Of a DNA stretch of 64,000 bases, positions 23,271-36,049 are shown piece by piece. The stretch covers positions 103,642,708 through 103,706,707 of the forward strand of contig NC_052160.1 in assembly GCF_902713615.1 (NCBI RefSeq), written 5' to 3'. Under the pieces are notes generated by a model that saw only the letters and a program-made list of their open reading frames with translations, had not been told where the DNA came from and made no database searches. This DNA comes from Scyliorhinus canicula (Eukaryota). How positions within the stretch are numbered: the stretch's first letter is position 1; each line of letters starts with the position of its first letter. The position numbers and the translations under genes are program-made.

Positions 23271-24906
23271 AACTGCGAGGCCTGAAATCATAAGCCTCTA
23301 ATATGTTTCCTATTTTGCAATGTTAATTCTATCTCCTTAAAAATTCGAACAGTTGTTGAAAAGAACGCTTTATAGAAACTTCCTTTCCAAAGAGAGGGAT
23401 TTAAGTAGATTAATAAACTGGCAAAATCCAGCATTTAACTCACACACCACTAACAATGTCATTTGGTCTGCATGATTTGGGAATATTAGTGGGTAATGCG
23501 AACAGAAGGGGGATATGACAATATTTCAGCATTAATCTTCCACTTAGTCATTGTCCAACATGCCTTTCTCTCTGGCTGCTGGACGAATGCATTGCCAACA
23601 TGAAGAACAAAAATCTAAGGCTGCAGAAGGGCTTTACAAATATCTGGAACCAACCTCATACTGCTGTGGTTTTAGTTATGAACTAAAATTCTGTACCTGC
23701 TGTACAGTAACGGCTACAGAATGCACGCTGGTGGTTTAATTGTACCTGGAGCAAACTGCTGCCAGGAGAAATGATGGTTCCCTTGTGGTGAAAGATATTC
23801 AACCTCCAAGCCAATGTTCTCCTTACCGCAGCAACATTCTTAACCCTCGGTAGAGCATTATATTTGTGAGGAACCTATTGAATGTTGCCATTAAAAGAAA
23901 GCCCCAAACCCAAATTGGCCTTTAATGACAGGTAACAAAGCAGTATATTTTTTAACGACACTATAGTGCTTGATTTAGTTACTGGTGCAAACCAGCACTC
24001 TATCTGACACAGTCCAGGCATGCAGTCCTCAATCTGATTGCTGTAATGATGTTCGACCAGGCCAACCTTCAGAAATAACAAGGGAATAAATAGTAAAGGT
24101 GTTCATTTCAAGTCTGATTCACACTGCAAGTCAGTGAGAGCCAATACATTTAATCAAGGTTCCAAGTTTGAGGCTGTAACTAAAAATGCTGATCACTGTG
24201 TATGCAGCATGATGCTCTTATCCCGAGCCATGTCCATTTAGAGTATTCTGGTTATCTGAGGCACTGCAATGAATGTCACACTGCAACACCACTGGACTTT
24301 ACTTTTTGACAGTGGTCGTCTCCCTCTATAAAATAAGGATAGCACTGGGAACCATCCTTGCCTATGTAATTGGCTCCCAACACAGGAAAATGGTTCAAGG
24401 TCACAGGGTTAAATTGCCTGATTGATTTCCCAGAATTAGTCTTTCACTTGTGAGTCCTGAATCTCTAGGGAAGTGAGGTGAGGGAAGCGGGATATTTTAA
24501 GCAGTATCCGACTCCGAGTGATATAACTGACCACAGTAAGCAATAAAAAGGAGCGTCAATACATAATATTCAATGCAATGCAGCATTGAGATTTGGAAAA
24601 TGAAGCTAGGAATCAGAGCAGGAGCAATAATATTCATCCCTTCAATCACTTACCGACATTCTCTATCAAAGGGAGCCCGTACCTGGCACTCAGAGCTTCA
24701 ACTCTCCCTTACACACTTTGCACTATAGCAAGCCTCACAACCACATTTCAGCTTGTGAATACTGCTAACTATCCAAAGATAACGTGGGTGCATCTTTCAA
24801 ACATTGTGCAGCATGCTCACGGACACAATTCCCTTCCTCTTGCAGGAAACAGTGGCGTGCAACCACATTGGGAGCATTTAACATGTGGGGAATGGCTTGA
24901 CTTCAT

Positions 24907-25586
24907 GGACTGGATTCTTCGAATTTCAGGCTATGTCCTGACGCCGGCGTGGGAACGGTGGCTTTTTACGTCCGAAAATTTGGCACAAAACGGCCATCAA
25001 TCCTCGGTTTGGTGGGGGGTTAGTAGGCAGGCAGCGTAGAGCACCCGGCTCGAGCTGCCAATAAGGTCGGAGAATTGCCGGGTCCTTGGCTGGGACCCCC
25101 CGGGTGCCCCCAGCCCCTGCGCACGGCAGTGGCCTGCAGCGACCGGCCGAACAAAATGGCGCCGGCCATGCACGAATCAGGATTGCCAAATAGTGCTCCC
25201 CCTTTGGCCGGCACATGACCCCCGGACCACCCCTCAACAGTGCCCCCAGCCCCTCCCAAAGTTCCCTCAGTCCACGGATTGGCCCTCCCCTGACTGTGGC
25301 GCCACTGGATTGAGTCCACAGCCGCCACGGCGAGTTCCCGACAAGTAATACCATGGGAGACCCACGCCGTTGGGAACTCGGCCGGTTGGGGGCAGTGCAT
25401 CAGGAGGATGTCCTCAGGCAATGTCCTGAGGCCGTTGATACGGCGTGCGGCATACTCTTAGAGTACGCTGCTTTGGAGGGGCGGTGCATCGCGAAGGCGG
25501 CGCCACGCCCGATTCCGGCGCAAACTTTGATTCTCCGACTGATCGCCAAACGCGATTTTGGAGTCGGCGACCGGAGAATCCCGCCC
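24907..25586. mobile_element. Non-autonomous Harbinger-type element
   Basis: TIRs ggactggattctt / gagaatcccgccc; GC/CpG-rich; flanks cat/aat. Confidence 0.82.
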
Positions 25587-25590
25587 AATG

Positions 25591-25817
25591 TGGTGGGATT
25601 TTCTGCACCCCCACCCGCCCGCGCATCTTTTTTCTTAGTGGCCAGGATGCGGGGTGGTGTGGCCCACCTTTGGCAGGTGGCGGGATCTTCTGGTCCCCTG
25701 CTGTAAATAGGAATTCCCAAAGAACCCAAACCCTGCCTTCGGGAAACCCATGGTGGGGGTTTGTCTTCGGCAGGATTGGAAGATCCCGCAGGCAAGAACA
25801 GCCAGAAAATCCCCCCA
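25591..25817. mobile_element. Harbinger-type MITE abutting the previous element
   Basis: TIRs tggtgggattttctg / cagaaaatcccccca. Confidence 0.75.
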
Positions 25818-26435
25818 CCTTCCATGCCTTCACCCTCACATGTGTGCTTTATCTAAATTGCTACAACTAGTGAAACTGGATCCCACTGTATTAATAAACA
25901 GACGTGAAGTGCTGAAGTTCATGAAACAAAATTGGAAATAGGAAGGGAGAAACATCAAGTGGTGATTGGATGATGCCAGTTAATGTTCTGAAGTCGGATT
26001 GCTAGCATGGTGTAACTGACTGTATACATTTGCAAAACAAACACAAGAGTTGTGTATCAAAATATGACTGTTGGGAAACCATTTTACACATTTTCTCTTT
26101 GGAGTTCTTTCAAAAGAGCTGATTAGAAATTGAGTGAGCCACAATTGATCATTTCTGGAGATTATAATTTTCCTGAAAAAGGGATTTGTGATGCCTATTG
26201 GAATGTCGATATATTTATCTATAAATACTAGGTTACAACCTAAAGTTAATGAGAGCCAAACATGATATAGAATCTAATTAGCCACACATTTAAAAGGATC
26301 AACTATTTGAGATCAAGGACAAATGAAAACTAAGAAGGTTTATCATTAAACAGCACGACAAGCCATTAGGTCACTTTCTCCTCGATAAAAAAAGTTTTCT
26401 TTTTTAATTAAGTGTGGGATGTCAAAGGTAGATTT

Positions 26436-26626
26436 TGGCTGGAATCCTCCGCTCGTAGGGATTTTCTGATCCCGCTGGCAGCACAGCCCCACCCGTAGGT
26501 TTCCCGGTGTCATGGGGTGGCTTCAATTAGAAATCTCAGTGACAGACAGCAGGAAGAGAGAATGCCCCCGTCAGTGAACGGCGCATCGCAGAGAATCACG
26601 TGGCTGGTGACTGGAGAATCCAGCCT
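26436..26626. mobile_element. Harbinger-type MITE
   Basis: ggctggaatcctcc / ggagaatccagcc; degenerate central palindrome. Confidence 0.8.
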
Positions 26627-26694
26627 ATCTAAGATAGTGAGGCTTTGAATAAATTATATTAATTACTGACACCAAACAACAGCATCGATGGCCT

Positions 26695-26985
26695 AACTAC
26701 ACCGTGGTTAGCACTGTTGCTTCACAACGCCAGGGTCCCAAGTTCGATTCCCGGCTTGGGTCACTGTTTGTGCAAAGTCTGCACGTTTCCCCCGTGTCTG
26801 CGTGGGTTTCCTCCGGGTGTACCGGTTTCCTCTCACAAGCCTTGAAAGGCGTGCTGTTAGGTAAAGTGGACATTCTGAATTCTCCCTCTGTGTACCTGAA
26901 CAGGCGCCGGAATGTGGAGACTAGGGGATTTTCACAGTAACTTCATTGCAGTATTAATGCAAGCCTACTTGTGACAATAAAGATA
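26695..26985 (+). mobile_element. V-SINE with alternative tail
   Basis: gtggttagcactgttgc, B-box agttcgattcc, V-domain, tail gcctacttgtgacaataaa. Confidence 0.88.
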
Positions 26986-27352
26986 GTAAACACAGACTGA
27001 ATATAGATTGAGAAAAGTGCTGAATTAAGTGGATAATCTGAAGTTACCCAAAGTGATCCATTCCAGATTCATTTAGGAATTACCCATTTTTTAACTGGAT
27101 TGTTAAAAAAAAACACAGCACCACCTTCTGTTTCCTGATTATGTCATTGCTGCCACAGTGGCAAGCAGCAAGTCACAGGGATTCATAGCTGGAATCACAG
27201 CCACAAGGATTAATTGGTTCTTTTTTAAAAAAATACTAATGGCCATTCCTTTCTCAACAAGAGATGTTCCCATGCTTTTGTATTTTCCATTTAGTCAGTG
27301 AACTATGTTCTCATCCAAACTTCAATCACATAATGCTTTGATCAGGCAAGTT

Positions 27353-27382
27353 GGGGGGGGGGGGGGGGGGGGGGTTGGGGGG
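27353..27382 (+). repeat. Poly-G tract
   Basis: About 22 consecutive G, then ttgggggg. Confidence 0.9.
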
Positions 27383-28574
27383 CTAGCTTGGACTGTGCTT
27401 AGTTTGTATATAGAAGCTTGACCTCATCAGTCATGAAAAATCCAAATATCTATTTTACAGCCAGCATTCAATACGTAAAAATAAACCCATTCAGGTACAG
27501 TTGAGGCTATTTGTGTAGAATCAAATATAATTCCATTGTAAGATTATCCTGGATTAATTTGCTAATAATTGTTTTAGCGATTCATTTCCCCAGGTACTAT
27601 TGGAAGGGTAGAACTCAGTATTTGACAATGCAGCAATCTGAATACATTTTTAAATGTAAACTGCCTGTTTGAACAGACCTCTCTGTCCAAATAGGCTGGT
27701 GGTCTTAAGGAAGTGCTTGTCATTAATAAGTAACTGAAATTTGTGAGCTTCATCTACAATTGCTATTATTTGTAAACGATTGATAAGTTAAGCTAATAAG
27801 GTAAGCAAATGTTGCATCAGAATAATGGGGGTAGAGAGCAGAGATCTGTGGACAAAGATGATTGGACATATGAAACTAGATAAACTTAAACTGTCATGGG
27901 TGGAGAGGATTGGATGTCTGGAGTGGGATAATCAGGGATGATCGATACGTTAGGACTTTATATGTAGCTTTAGACTGCATGGAGACCTGCAATTGCATCA
28001 TCCAAACTGAATCTAAAATAGACACAAAAAAACCCAGCTCTAAACATAGCATTCTGATCAGGGGAATAAGACTCGGCTGAGATAAAACCTGGTGTCTAAA
28101 TGCACAGCAGTACGAGTCATGTAATTAACTGAATGACTTTACCGCTAGAGATTAGTTCCCATTCTAAAGAATGTGATTAATGAAGGTTTTAGAAAGAATT
28201 AATTGAATTGTTAAAACCTACAGTGATGAAGTAGTTAAATGGATTCGCCAGACCAGAAAAGGTGAGTGACAGAATTCATTACACAGTAACCTTTACAAAC
28301 CACCATGAGGATATAACTTTCTCGACCATTCTCTGGACTGGGATCAAAGCTGTATCCACAAAGATTGAGTGGCAGTTTTGGAGAGAAAGGCTTATAACAT
28401 TTGTTATTATTTCCTAGCTTTAAAGATTATAACACAAAACATTCCGCCACCACTAAGGCTTTTTTCCGGATACGACAATTATATCTGATGAACGTCTTGT
28501 TTCCAAATTAAAGGTTACATAAAATTACGTAGAATATATAGTCCTGTATATATAGGCTGTTTTATTTTTGTCAT

Positions 28575-28685
28575 TCTTTCGCAGGATATGAGTATCACTG
28601 GCTAGGCCATTATTTTTATTGCCCATCCCCAATTGTTCTTGAGAAGGTCCTGGTAAGCGCCTTATTGAACCGCTACAGCCTATGT
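28575..28685 (-). mobile_element. 3' end of the second LINE lineage
   Basis: ttattgcccatccccaattgttcttgagaagg, as at 4670-4700. Confidence 0.65.
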
Positions 28686-28899
28686 TGCCCAATTCATCTG
28701 TACTGGTGTTTCTCCTCCACATGGCTCTGCTCCGTTCGCTCCAAATCTGCATTGTCCAACACATTCATAATTTAAAACCTGAATTGGGTCACCTCTTTAA
28801 AAAAAAGAACCAAATTTGGTCAATCTTTCCTGATAGCTGTAATCTCTCAGTCCCTCACCTTCGTTTTTGTAGTTTCTCCAATTTTTCTTTGTCCTTCTT

Positions 28900-29260
28900 C
28901 TAGTGTGGAGACCAGAATACTGCATAATACCCTAAGTGTGTCCTAACCATGCCCAATAAAAGTTTATTATAACTTAACTGTGCTTGAATTTCGTATCCCA
29001 ATTGTTTTTAGCACCTTTAATTACTTTGCTGGCCTTAATGCTATGTTAATTTGTATTCCTAAAGCCCCCTGGCCTTCTACTTCATTCAATTTCTTATTTT
29101 CAAAGTTGTATTGGTGATGTTTGCAGTTTTTATTCCAAAGTGCATCACCTCAGATTTAGTTATGTAAGTATTAATTATCCACTTAATTGTTCAATCTGCA
29201 GGCTTTCTAATGCCTTCTAATAGTTTTCAACAGTATTAGTCATCCAAATGTAATCTGGGT
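28900..29260 (-). mobile_element. Very old CR1 remnant
   Basis: agtgtggagaccagaatactgcataataccctaagtgtgtcctaacc is the reverse of VRxHLxYxxxFWSPH; also aagtgcatcacctc. Confidence 0.6.
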
Positions 29261-31349
29261 CCCTTGCAACCCATAAACCTCACCAACATTTTATCTTTGC
29301 CTTTTTTTTCACGTATTTTTTACCACCAGTTTTCACTTTCATTTATTTCCTCATCATGACACACTCGGTCCATCCACCTTATATCAGGCCATTGGAATGT
29401 GTGAGAATCACTTGCAGTAACAGCTCTTTTGACTTTTCCCTTTTCCTGTGGAGCATCAGTTGGTCATTCTTTGGTGTCTTCCAAAATTGAGATCAGGGAT
29501 GCAGAAGACAATGCAGAAAATTGTAGACTCAGAGCTTTAACTTACCATTCAAATGACTCAGTACTATGCCACCTTCCTAGATTGCATGTTTAACTTATTC
29601 ACAAAATTATTACGGCCCCTTTATATCGGCTGCCAGTCTTTTCTCATAATCCCTCTTATATACTTCTTCACCTCCCTTCTGAACCCCTGTATTCTGCTTG
29701 GTTCTCAATTGTTTTTCTTACCCGACACCTTTTCTTCTCTATAAAATATCATGATTTTGCAAAAGCAGTTGTAACTATACTGGGCCAATAAATTTGGGGG
29801 TCAATAGTGGAGGATGATCGGATGTTGATTGTAGTTCAATAGTGGACATCCTGCAAGTTATACCTTGTAATCTTCATAACAATTAGAAAAATCTATCTCT
29901 ACTTGGGAGTAGGATCCATTTATTTCTTTGTCGTGAACATTTGCCTGAGGGGGGGCATCACTTGTGAAGTATGTGGATCACCTTTGGCATAGAAAAGAAT
30001 CACCCGTCACCTGCTCATTACATTTGTTAGACTCCTGCTACTCCTCCATATCTTTTCTATCCACCTATAACACGGAAGTTGTGTTCCCATAGGCATAGCA
30101 AAGGTAATATATTAAAGACATTGCTCTGAAAATTCAGTGGTGCGATGTCAGGATTCCTCCCAAAAAGAAAGCAAAAATGATCTCTCAAAGCAGCTTTTCA
30201 TTTGCTATATGCATGACTTTAAATCCGTATGATACAGTCTTTTTGGGTAATCTACAAGAAAAATATGAGACCAATTCTAGGTAAACATCAATGCACCATA
30301 ATTTGAAAATGGCGCGGTGAAGAAAATAATCACTCATTCCAATCTGCGGGGATATGTTCTCCCCAAGAGTGAGAAAGGATGAAGCTGAAAAAATGCACTC
30401 GCTAGGAATTTGTAGATACCTGGGGGTTGGTTATACGTATGTTTCTGCTTTGAAAAAAAAACTAACATATCATACTTGACAAAGGAGTACAATGTTTCAC
30501 GAAGCATGCTTACATCAAAGTAATAAACTAGAATTGACAGTACGTGATTTCATCGCTGTGCCCTGCTTTGTAATACGTTGCTAAAGAAGAACACAGCTAT
30601 ATCTGACCGGACCAGTAACCCATGTAGATTGACTCATTGCAAAATGTGCTGGCACTGTAATGTATTTTTGCTGAGCTGCAAATGGAATGGAAATTAACCC
30701 TATGTCTTGAGAAAGTGACTCAGCACCCTATATACTGCAGTGCTGCTAAATTAATATCACAAGTAAGTCCAATTAATTGGGCATAGTTTACAATCAGAAA
30801 TCAGCTCATCTTGCCCATTTGCAATATAAGACTTTATCCCTTTATCTCCCCTCCTGAAGGCACTGACTGATGCCTCGATAAGGGTCCGTGGGTGTGGGCA
30901 GCCTGCCTGCACTTCATCAAGTGGTTACTCATGGGAGTGCCATGTTTGTGTGCTCTCTCTGGAAGGGAAGATGATTTGGGCATCAGTACACACTCCTCAG
31001 AGAAAAAAGAGAAAGCCTGGCCTCTCTTGCATCCCATCACTGATTTGAAATTGCTACCATGTTGTCATTTTCCTCATATCATTGTTGAAAGTGCTCGTGA
31101 CAACTGCTAGTGACAGCCCAGCCATAGCATCAGCAACCTTTGGGGATGCTTTCCTCTGTGTGCAATGTGTCACAAAACAGTAAACCCATTCTTTATAAAT
31201 ATGTTTAATAGTGTGGGCCTCGCAGAAAAAAAGGTGATCTCCTGTTCCTCGCCCAACTTCCTGGAGGTCGATTTATTTTGGCATAGCTGCAGTTGTCAGA
31301 GCATCCGACTGTGCTGGAATCTCAGGGGGGCCTTTTCCTGTCACCGGCG

Positions 31350-31660
31350 TTCCGCCCTTTTCTCAAATGTACTGACATTCCAGGTATAGTTCCATGGTAC
31401 AGGCAGTCTAACTACCCCATTCTTCATGTCGAAAGTGACTGCGTTGGCAGGCTATTCAGCTGTGGTGGCATCACATTTGAGCCTGATTCTATCCTCACCT
31501 GACAGCAATGCACACACAGTCCTTGTCTTAAGCCACTGAGGCCAATCACTGCTGCCAACGAACTGAGACCAGCTAATTTAGCACAGTCGACCCCGGAGCC
31601 TCTAGTCTAGCTGCCTGAGTTATATGCTCGCTTTACTAACAGAGCCATTGAGGGAGCTCT
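31350..31660 (-). mobile_element. Ancient SINE, AmnSINE2-like (second partial piece ~30835-30935)
   Basis: cactgaggccaat...ctgagaccagctaatttagcacag matches the remembered AmnSINE2 core; not verified by search. Confidence 0.5.
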
Positions 31661-32524
31661 CAGGTGGCTTCTTGTAATACCAATTGTTTTCTGCTGATCG
31701 AAAAAAGCAACTGCCCTGTCAGCTCCATTCAGTTCAAATAAAAGCCAGCCAGAGTACAGCAAGCCAATACATTACATTTCATATGCCCATGCACAGAGCA
31801 GTTTCATTCCCATATAGTGAAGCAAGTGTCTAAGTATAGCTGAATACTACTGGTTCAGCCTCTACATAAATAGGCACCGCTTTGAAACTTATTCACAAAA
31901 GTATAAAAGTTTGATCAAAAAGCTTATCAGCAAAGGCAGCCAAGACTTATAAGAGAGGTTGGTTGGAGAATCATTTCAAGTAGAATTAATACAAAGTTAC
32001 TGAACTATACATGAATAAAACCACTTGCTAACACCAGTGAGAAGAAGGAATATGAATTAATAAGACCAATCTTACTCTACTTTGCATTTTTGCACTCGTG
32101 AATTGTAGTATCAGACACATGAAAATTAAAATTTGACTTATCTGCATTGAGTGCTGTTTATAAAGGGCAACATAATTCAGATAAGTCTTTATCAGACACT
32201 AAATCCATAATTTTGTCAGTTATGCTGAAATATTGCAATGAGTGCTGCTAATCCAATTTCTTACTTTTAAATTTAATTGTTGTTTAATGCGAGTCAGTCA
32301 CTGAAAATCACTTTAAGATGAAGAGTGTTGAAAATGTGACGTAAAGATACATTTTTCACCTTGAGGTGCAAATACATCTAGCACTCATCACCGATATAGT
32401 GGAGGATGGCTGCAAACATATTGGCCCCTCCCTCTTTCTCCTAATTCATGATGGTATTTTGCTTCACTCTCGTCCCACCACACCTCAACCTCCCTGCTAC
32501 CCTCTCACCTTCTAAATTTTCTCA

Positions 32525-33160
32525 TTGGATTGCATCGGATTGGATTTGTTTATTGTCACGTGTACCGAGGTACAGTGAAAAGTATTTTTCTGCAAGCAGC
32601 TCAACAGATCATTCAGTACATGGAAGAAAAGGGAATTAAACAATTCAAGAAAATACATGAGAATACATAATAGGGCAACACAAGATATACAATGTAACTA
32701 CATAAGCATTGGCATCGGTTGAAACATACAGGATGTAGTGTTAATGAGGTCAGTCAATAAGAGGGTCATTTAGGAGTCTGGTGACAGTGGGGAAGAAGCT
32801 GTTTTTGAGTCTGTTCGTGCGTGTTCTCAGACTTCTGAATCTCCTGCCCGATGGAAGAAGTTGGAAAAGTGAGTAAGCTGGGTGGGAGGGATCCTTGATT
32901 ATGCTGCCCGCTTTCCCCCGGCAGCGGGAGGTGTAGATGGAATCAATGGATGGGAGGCAGGTCTGTGTGATGGACTGGGCGGTATTCACAACTCTCTGAA
33001 GTTCCTTGCGGTCCTAGGCCGAGCAGTTGCCATACCAGGCTGTGATGCAGCCCGATAGGATGCTTTCTATAGTGCATCTGTAAAAGTTGGTAAGGGTTAA
33101 TGTGGACATGCCGAATTTCCTTAGTTTCCTGAGGAAGTATAGGCGCTGTTGTGCTTTCAT
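32525..33160 (-). mobile_element. Rex1/Babar-type LINE 3' fragment
   Basis: KAQQRLYFLRKL; HPAYSLFQLLPSGRRFRSLRTRTNRLKNSFFP; tail gtgacaataaacaaatccaatcc. Confidence 0.88.
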
Positions 33161-33769
33161 GCATTCCAGTTCATCTGCCTGCCCTCGGAGCTATCTATAA
33201 ATTGCAATCAAATTCAGATTAAGGAATTATCAGGCACTAAATCCATAATTTTGTCAATTGTAACAGGCTGAAAGATTACAATAAGTCCTATCAATTCATT
33301 CCCGTGTTCCTACTTTTATCTCTTTAAAATTAAGCTTTTGTTTTGTAATATTTTTGTTTTCTTCCCACTTTCAATTCCTGATGGCACTCTGTTCACCCAA
33401 CAGTTCATCCTGCCACTCTACTGCCCCTAATCAAACACTTTTTGTCCACAATCCCAGTCTGAAGTGACGGTCTTCTCCCCTCCTCACCTTTCTAGTTCAT
33501 GCTGACACTTTGCACAGTTGACACTGGCACTGTTCTTTAATTTTCTTAATGCATGCTGGCACTCTCCTTCCCTCACAGTTCAGACTTCCATTCCACCCAG
33601 TTCATGTTGTGCTTAGCTCCCCTACAGCAATATGCCTTTAAGGAGTATCAGCATGACATCACCAGAAAGGAGAAGTGTCATCTGAACCAGTCTTAGTTTC
33701 ACTTTTGCTCTGAGCAGAGCATGGACATAGCTCTGATGCCTTCATACCGACAAAGAATTTTTCTCATGT

Positions 33770-34160
33770 GTGTAGTGGCACATATGCCTGGTGGCATACC
33801 GGTAATGTCACTGGACTCCGAATCCAGAGATGCACGCTAATGCTTTTGCATGGCAGCTTGTGAAATTTGAATTCAATAAATAAAAATATGGACTATAAAA
33901 CTAGCCTAAGTACGAACCACCATGGAGCTATCACGGGTTGTTGTTAAAAAAACCCATCTGATTCATTAATGTCCCTTAAGGAAGGAAATCTGCTATTGTT
34001 ACCTGGCCTGGCCTACACATGACTCCAGAAATGTGGATGACTCTTAACATCCTTCGGAAATGGCCGAGCAAGCCATTCAGTCGAAAGGCAATTAAGGACG
34101 GGAGAACAAATGCTGGCCTTGCCATCAATACTCACATCCCATGAAAACATTTTTTAAAAA
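33770..34160 (+). mobile_element. tRNA-derived SINE family B
   Basis: ggtggcataccggtaatgtcactggact head; aacccatctg body; tail ggcaattaaggacggg..aaatgctggccttgcc..cacatcccatgaa. Confidence 0.8.
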
Positions 34161-34440
34161 TGTGTTTGCCAAATCCTTTATGAGTCATTGGTGTCTTGTG
34201 TCTTATACAGTAGCTAAACCCAAGAATTATATTGTTAAAATAAAGCAACATCCCCCCCATCCACCCAACTAATAGAAAAACATCTGCAATTCTTTCTCAG
34301 ATCCTCCACTCTGGTACTCTGAGCCCACCAGCCCCTCCTGCCAGTACACTTCTTTCTTTTACTTCCACTTGAAAGTGATACTCTTCCCTCACATTTCGCA
34401 CTTGCATTCTGCACTCCCTCTACCTCCAGTGAAACTCCCT

Positions 34441-34630
34441 GGATAGGAATCTCCATCCCGACAGCCCTGTTTTCCGGCGCAGCGCACCCCTGCCGGCGAC
34501 GAGATCTTTCATTCCGGCAGCCGGCCAATGGGGTTTCCCATTGTGGCCAGCTCACGCCGTCAGGAAACCCGCGGGCGTCGCTCCACTGCTGGCCAAGCGG
34601 AGAATCCCGGCAACGGAGAGTTCCGCAGCC
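34441..34630. mobile_element. Harbinger-type MITE
   Basis: ggataggaatctcc / ggagagttccgcagcc; central gccaatggggtttcccattgtggc. Confidence 0.75.
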
Positions 34631-36049
34631 TATCCTTGATTTCCGTTCCTATCTCTTGCCTTGTGCTGCTGCAGATGCACTTGGTTAATGAAGTATTCCC
34701 ATCTATATTTTGCAGCACAGTCTTATCCACTGAGTAAAGCAGTACCAATGTTATCATTTCGGAACCACAGGACACCGGGAAGCTTGAGGCCAGGAATGAT
34801 TCTGCTAAAGCATTGAACGTGGATGAAGAATGCATAAATGTTAACATTTATGAGTCTTTATCACTGTGCCAATGTGCAGTGTTTTGAGGGTTCAGAATAA
34901 TAATTTCAACGTTCATGTGACTCAAAGATTACCTGAAATTTGCTTTGCTGTCTTCGAAACGTATTGCAATATACTTACTGGAAATGTAGAATACCAGTGA
35001 GAGGTCTTGCCAGTTGGGAGTGCATATCAGAAATGCAAAGTCCCAGCATGTGTTCCAGGCGGATGAGACTCCCAGTGGTCAATGGAAGTTCTAAATTCCC
35101 ATTGGGCACTGGTAAGTTTGGATTGCACCATCATTGTAGATAATGAATGACAGCCCATTCTGGCACATCTATTTTCCCTCAAATGAAAGTTAACCAGGCA
35201 TTACTAACCGCTGCCCTTCATATTTACACAGAGCCATGGATTGAAAGTGTGAGGTTTTAGTATGAAGATACAGGAAAAAAAACTATCAAATTTCAGCAAT
35301 ATTGTCAGACCCAAAATCCCCACCCATGGCAGTTCGACATGGAACAAACTTTATCCCAGGAAACACTTGACTGAAATTCAGTGTCACACTTTAACATGTG
35401 ATGGAAACATGTAGGAGCTGATTGCAATTACCAGTGACAAACAGAGGATAATCAAATCTCAAAAGCAATTAGAGAGGCAATTTAGTCTTATAATGAAAAA
35501 GGAATTACAACATTCTTGTATCCCTTTCTATTGTTTTGTAGAAATAGGAGTTTTAATGCCCAGAGGAATAAATCAGGTTCAGACTTTTTTCTCTCTAAGC
35601 CATCCAATTCTTTTAACCAACTGCTGTTCCTAGAATGATAGAACAACACAGCATAGGAGGCAGCCATTTGGCTCATCACGCTGTGACAGTTATTCGAAGG
35701 AGATGCACTCCGCTGCACCTTTTCCACATGTTTCCTTGACAAGTATACCAAATTCCCTTAGAAAAATTAATACTGAATCTGCTTCTACCATCCGTTCAGG
35801 TGCTCCAGGTCGCAACAATGCACGCATGAGATCATAAGAAATAGCAGCGGGTATAGGCCATTCAGCCCATCAGGCCTGCTCCACATGAGCTCTTAACTCC
35901 ACTTTCATGCAAAAACCTATCTAACTCAGCCTTGACCGTGTTCAATGATCCAGCCACCACTGAACTCTATGGTAGAGAATTCAAAAGACTAATAGACCCC
36001 GAGAGAATATGGGCAGGATTCTCTGTCGGCCGACAATTAGGTGGAGATT

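Noticed and set aside
24926-25870. Overlapping 117-142 aa GC-rich ORFs and a CpG-island-like signal
   Set aside because: Contained within TIR-bounded MITEs; the open frames reflect GC content.
28224-28267. AAG|GTGAGT donor with a KWIRQ peptide reminiscent of an Ig V framework
   Set aside because: No pyrimidine tract, no Cys/YYC context and no RSS; treated as chance.
31921-31930. agcttatcag, matching part of miR-21
   Set aside because: Only 10 nt match; the rest of the mature sequence and the hairpin are absent.
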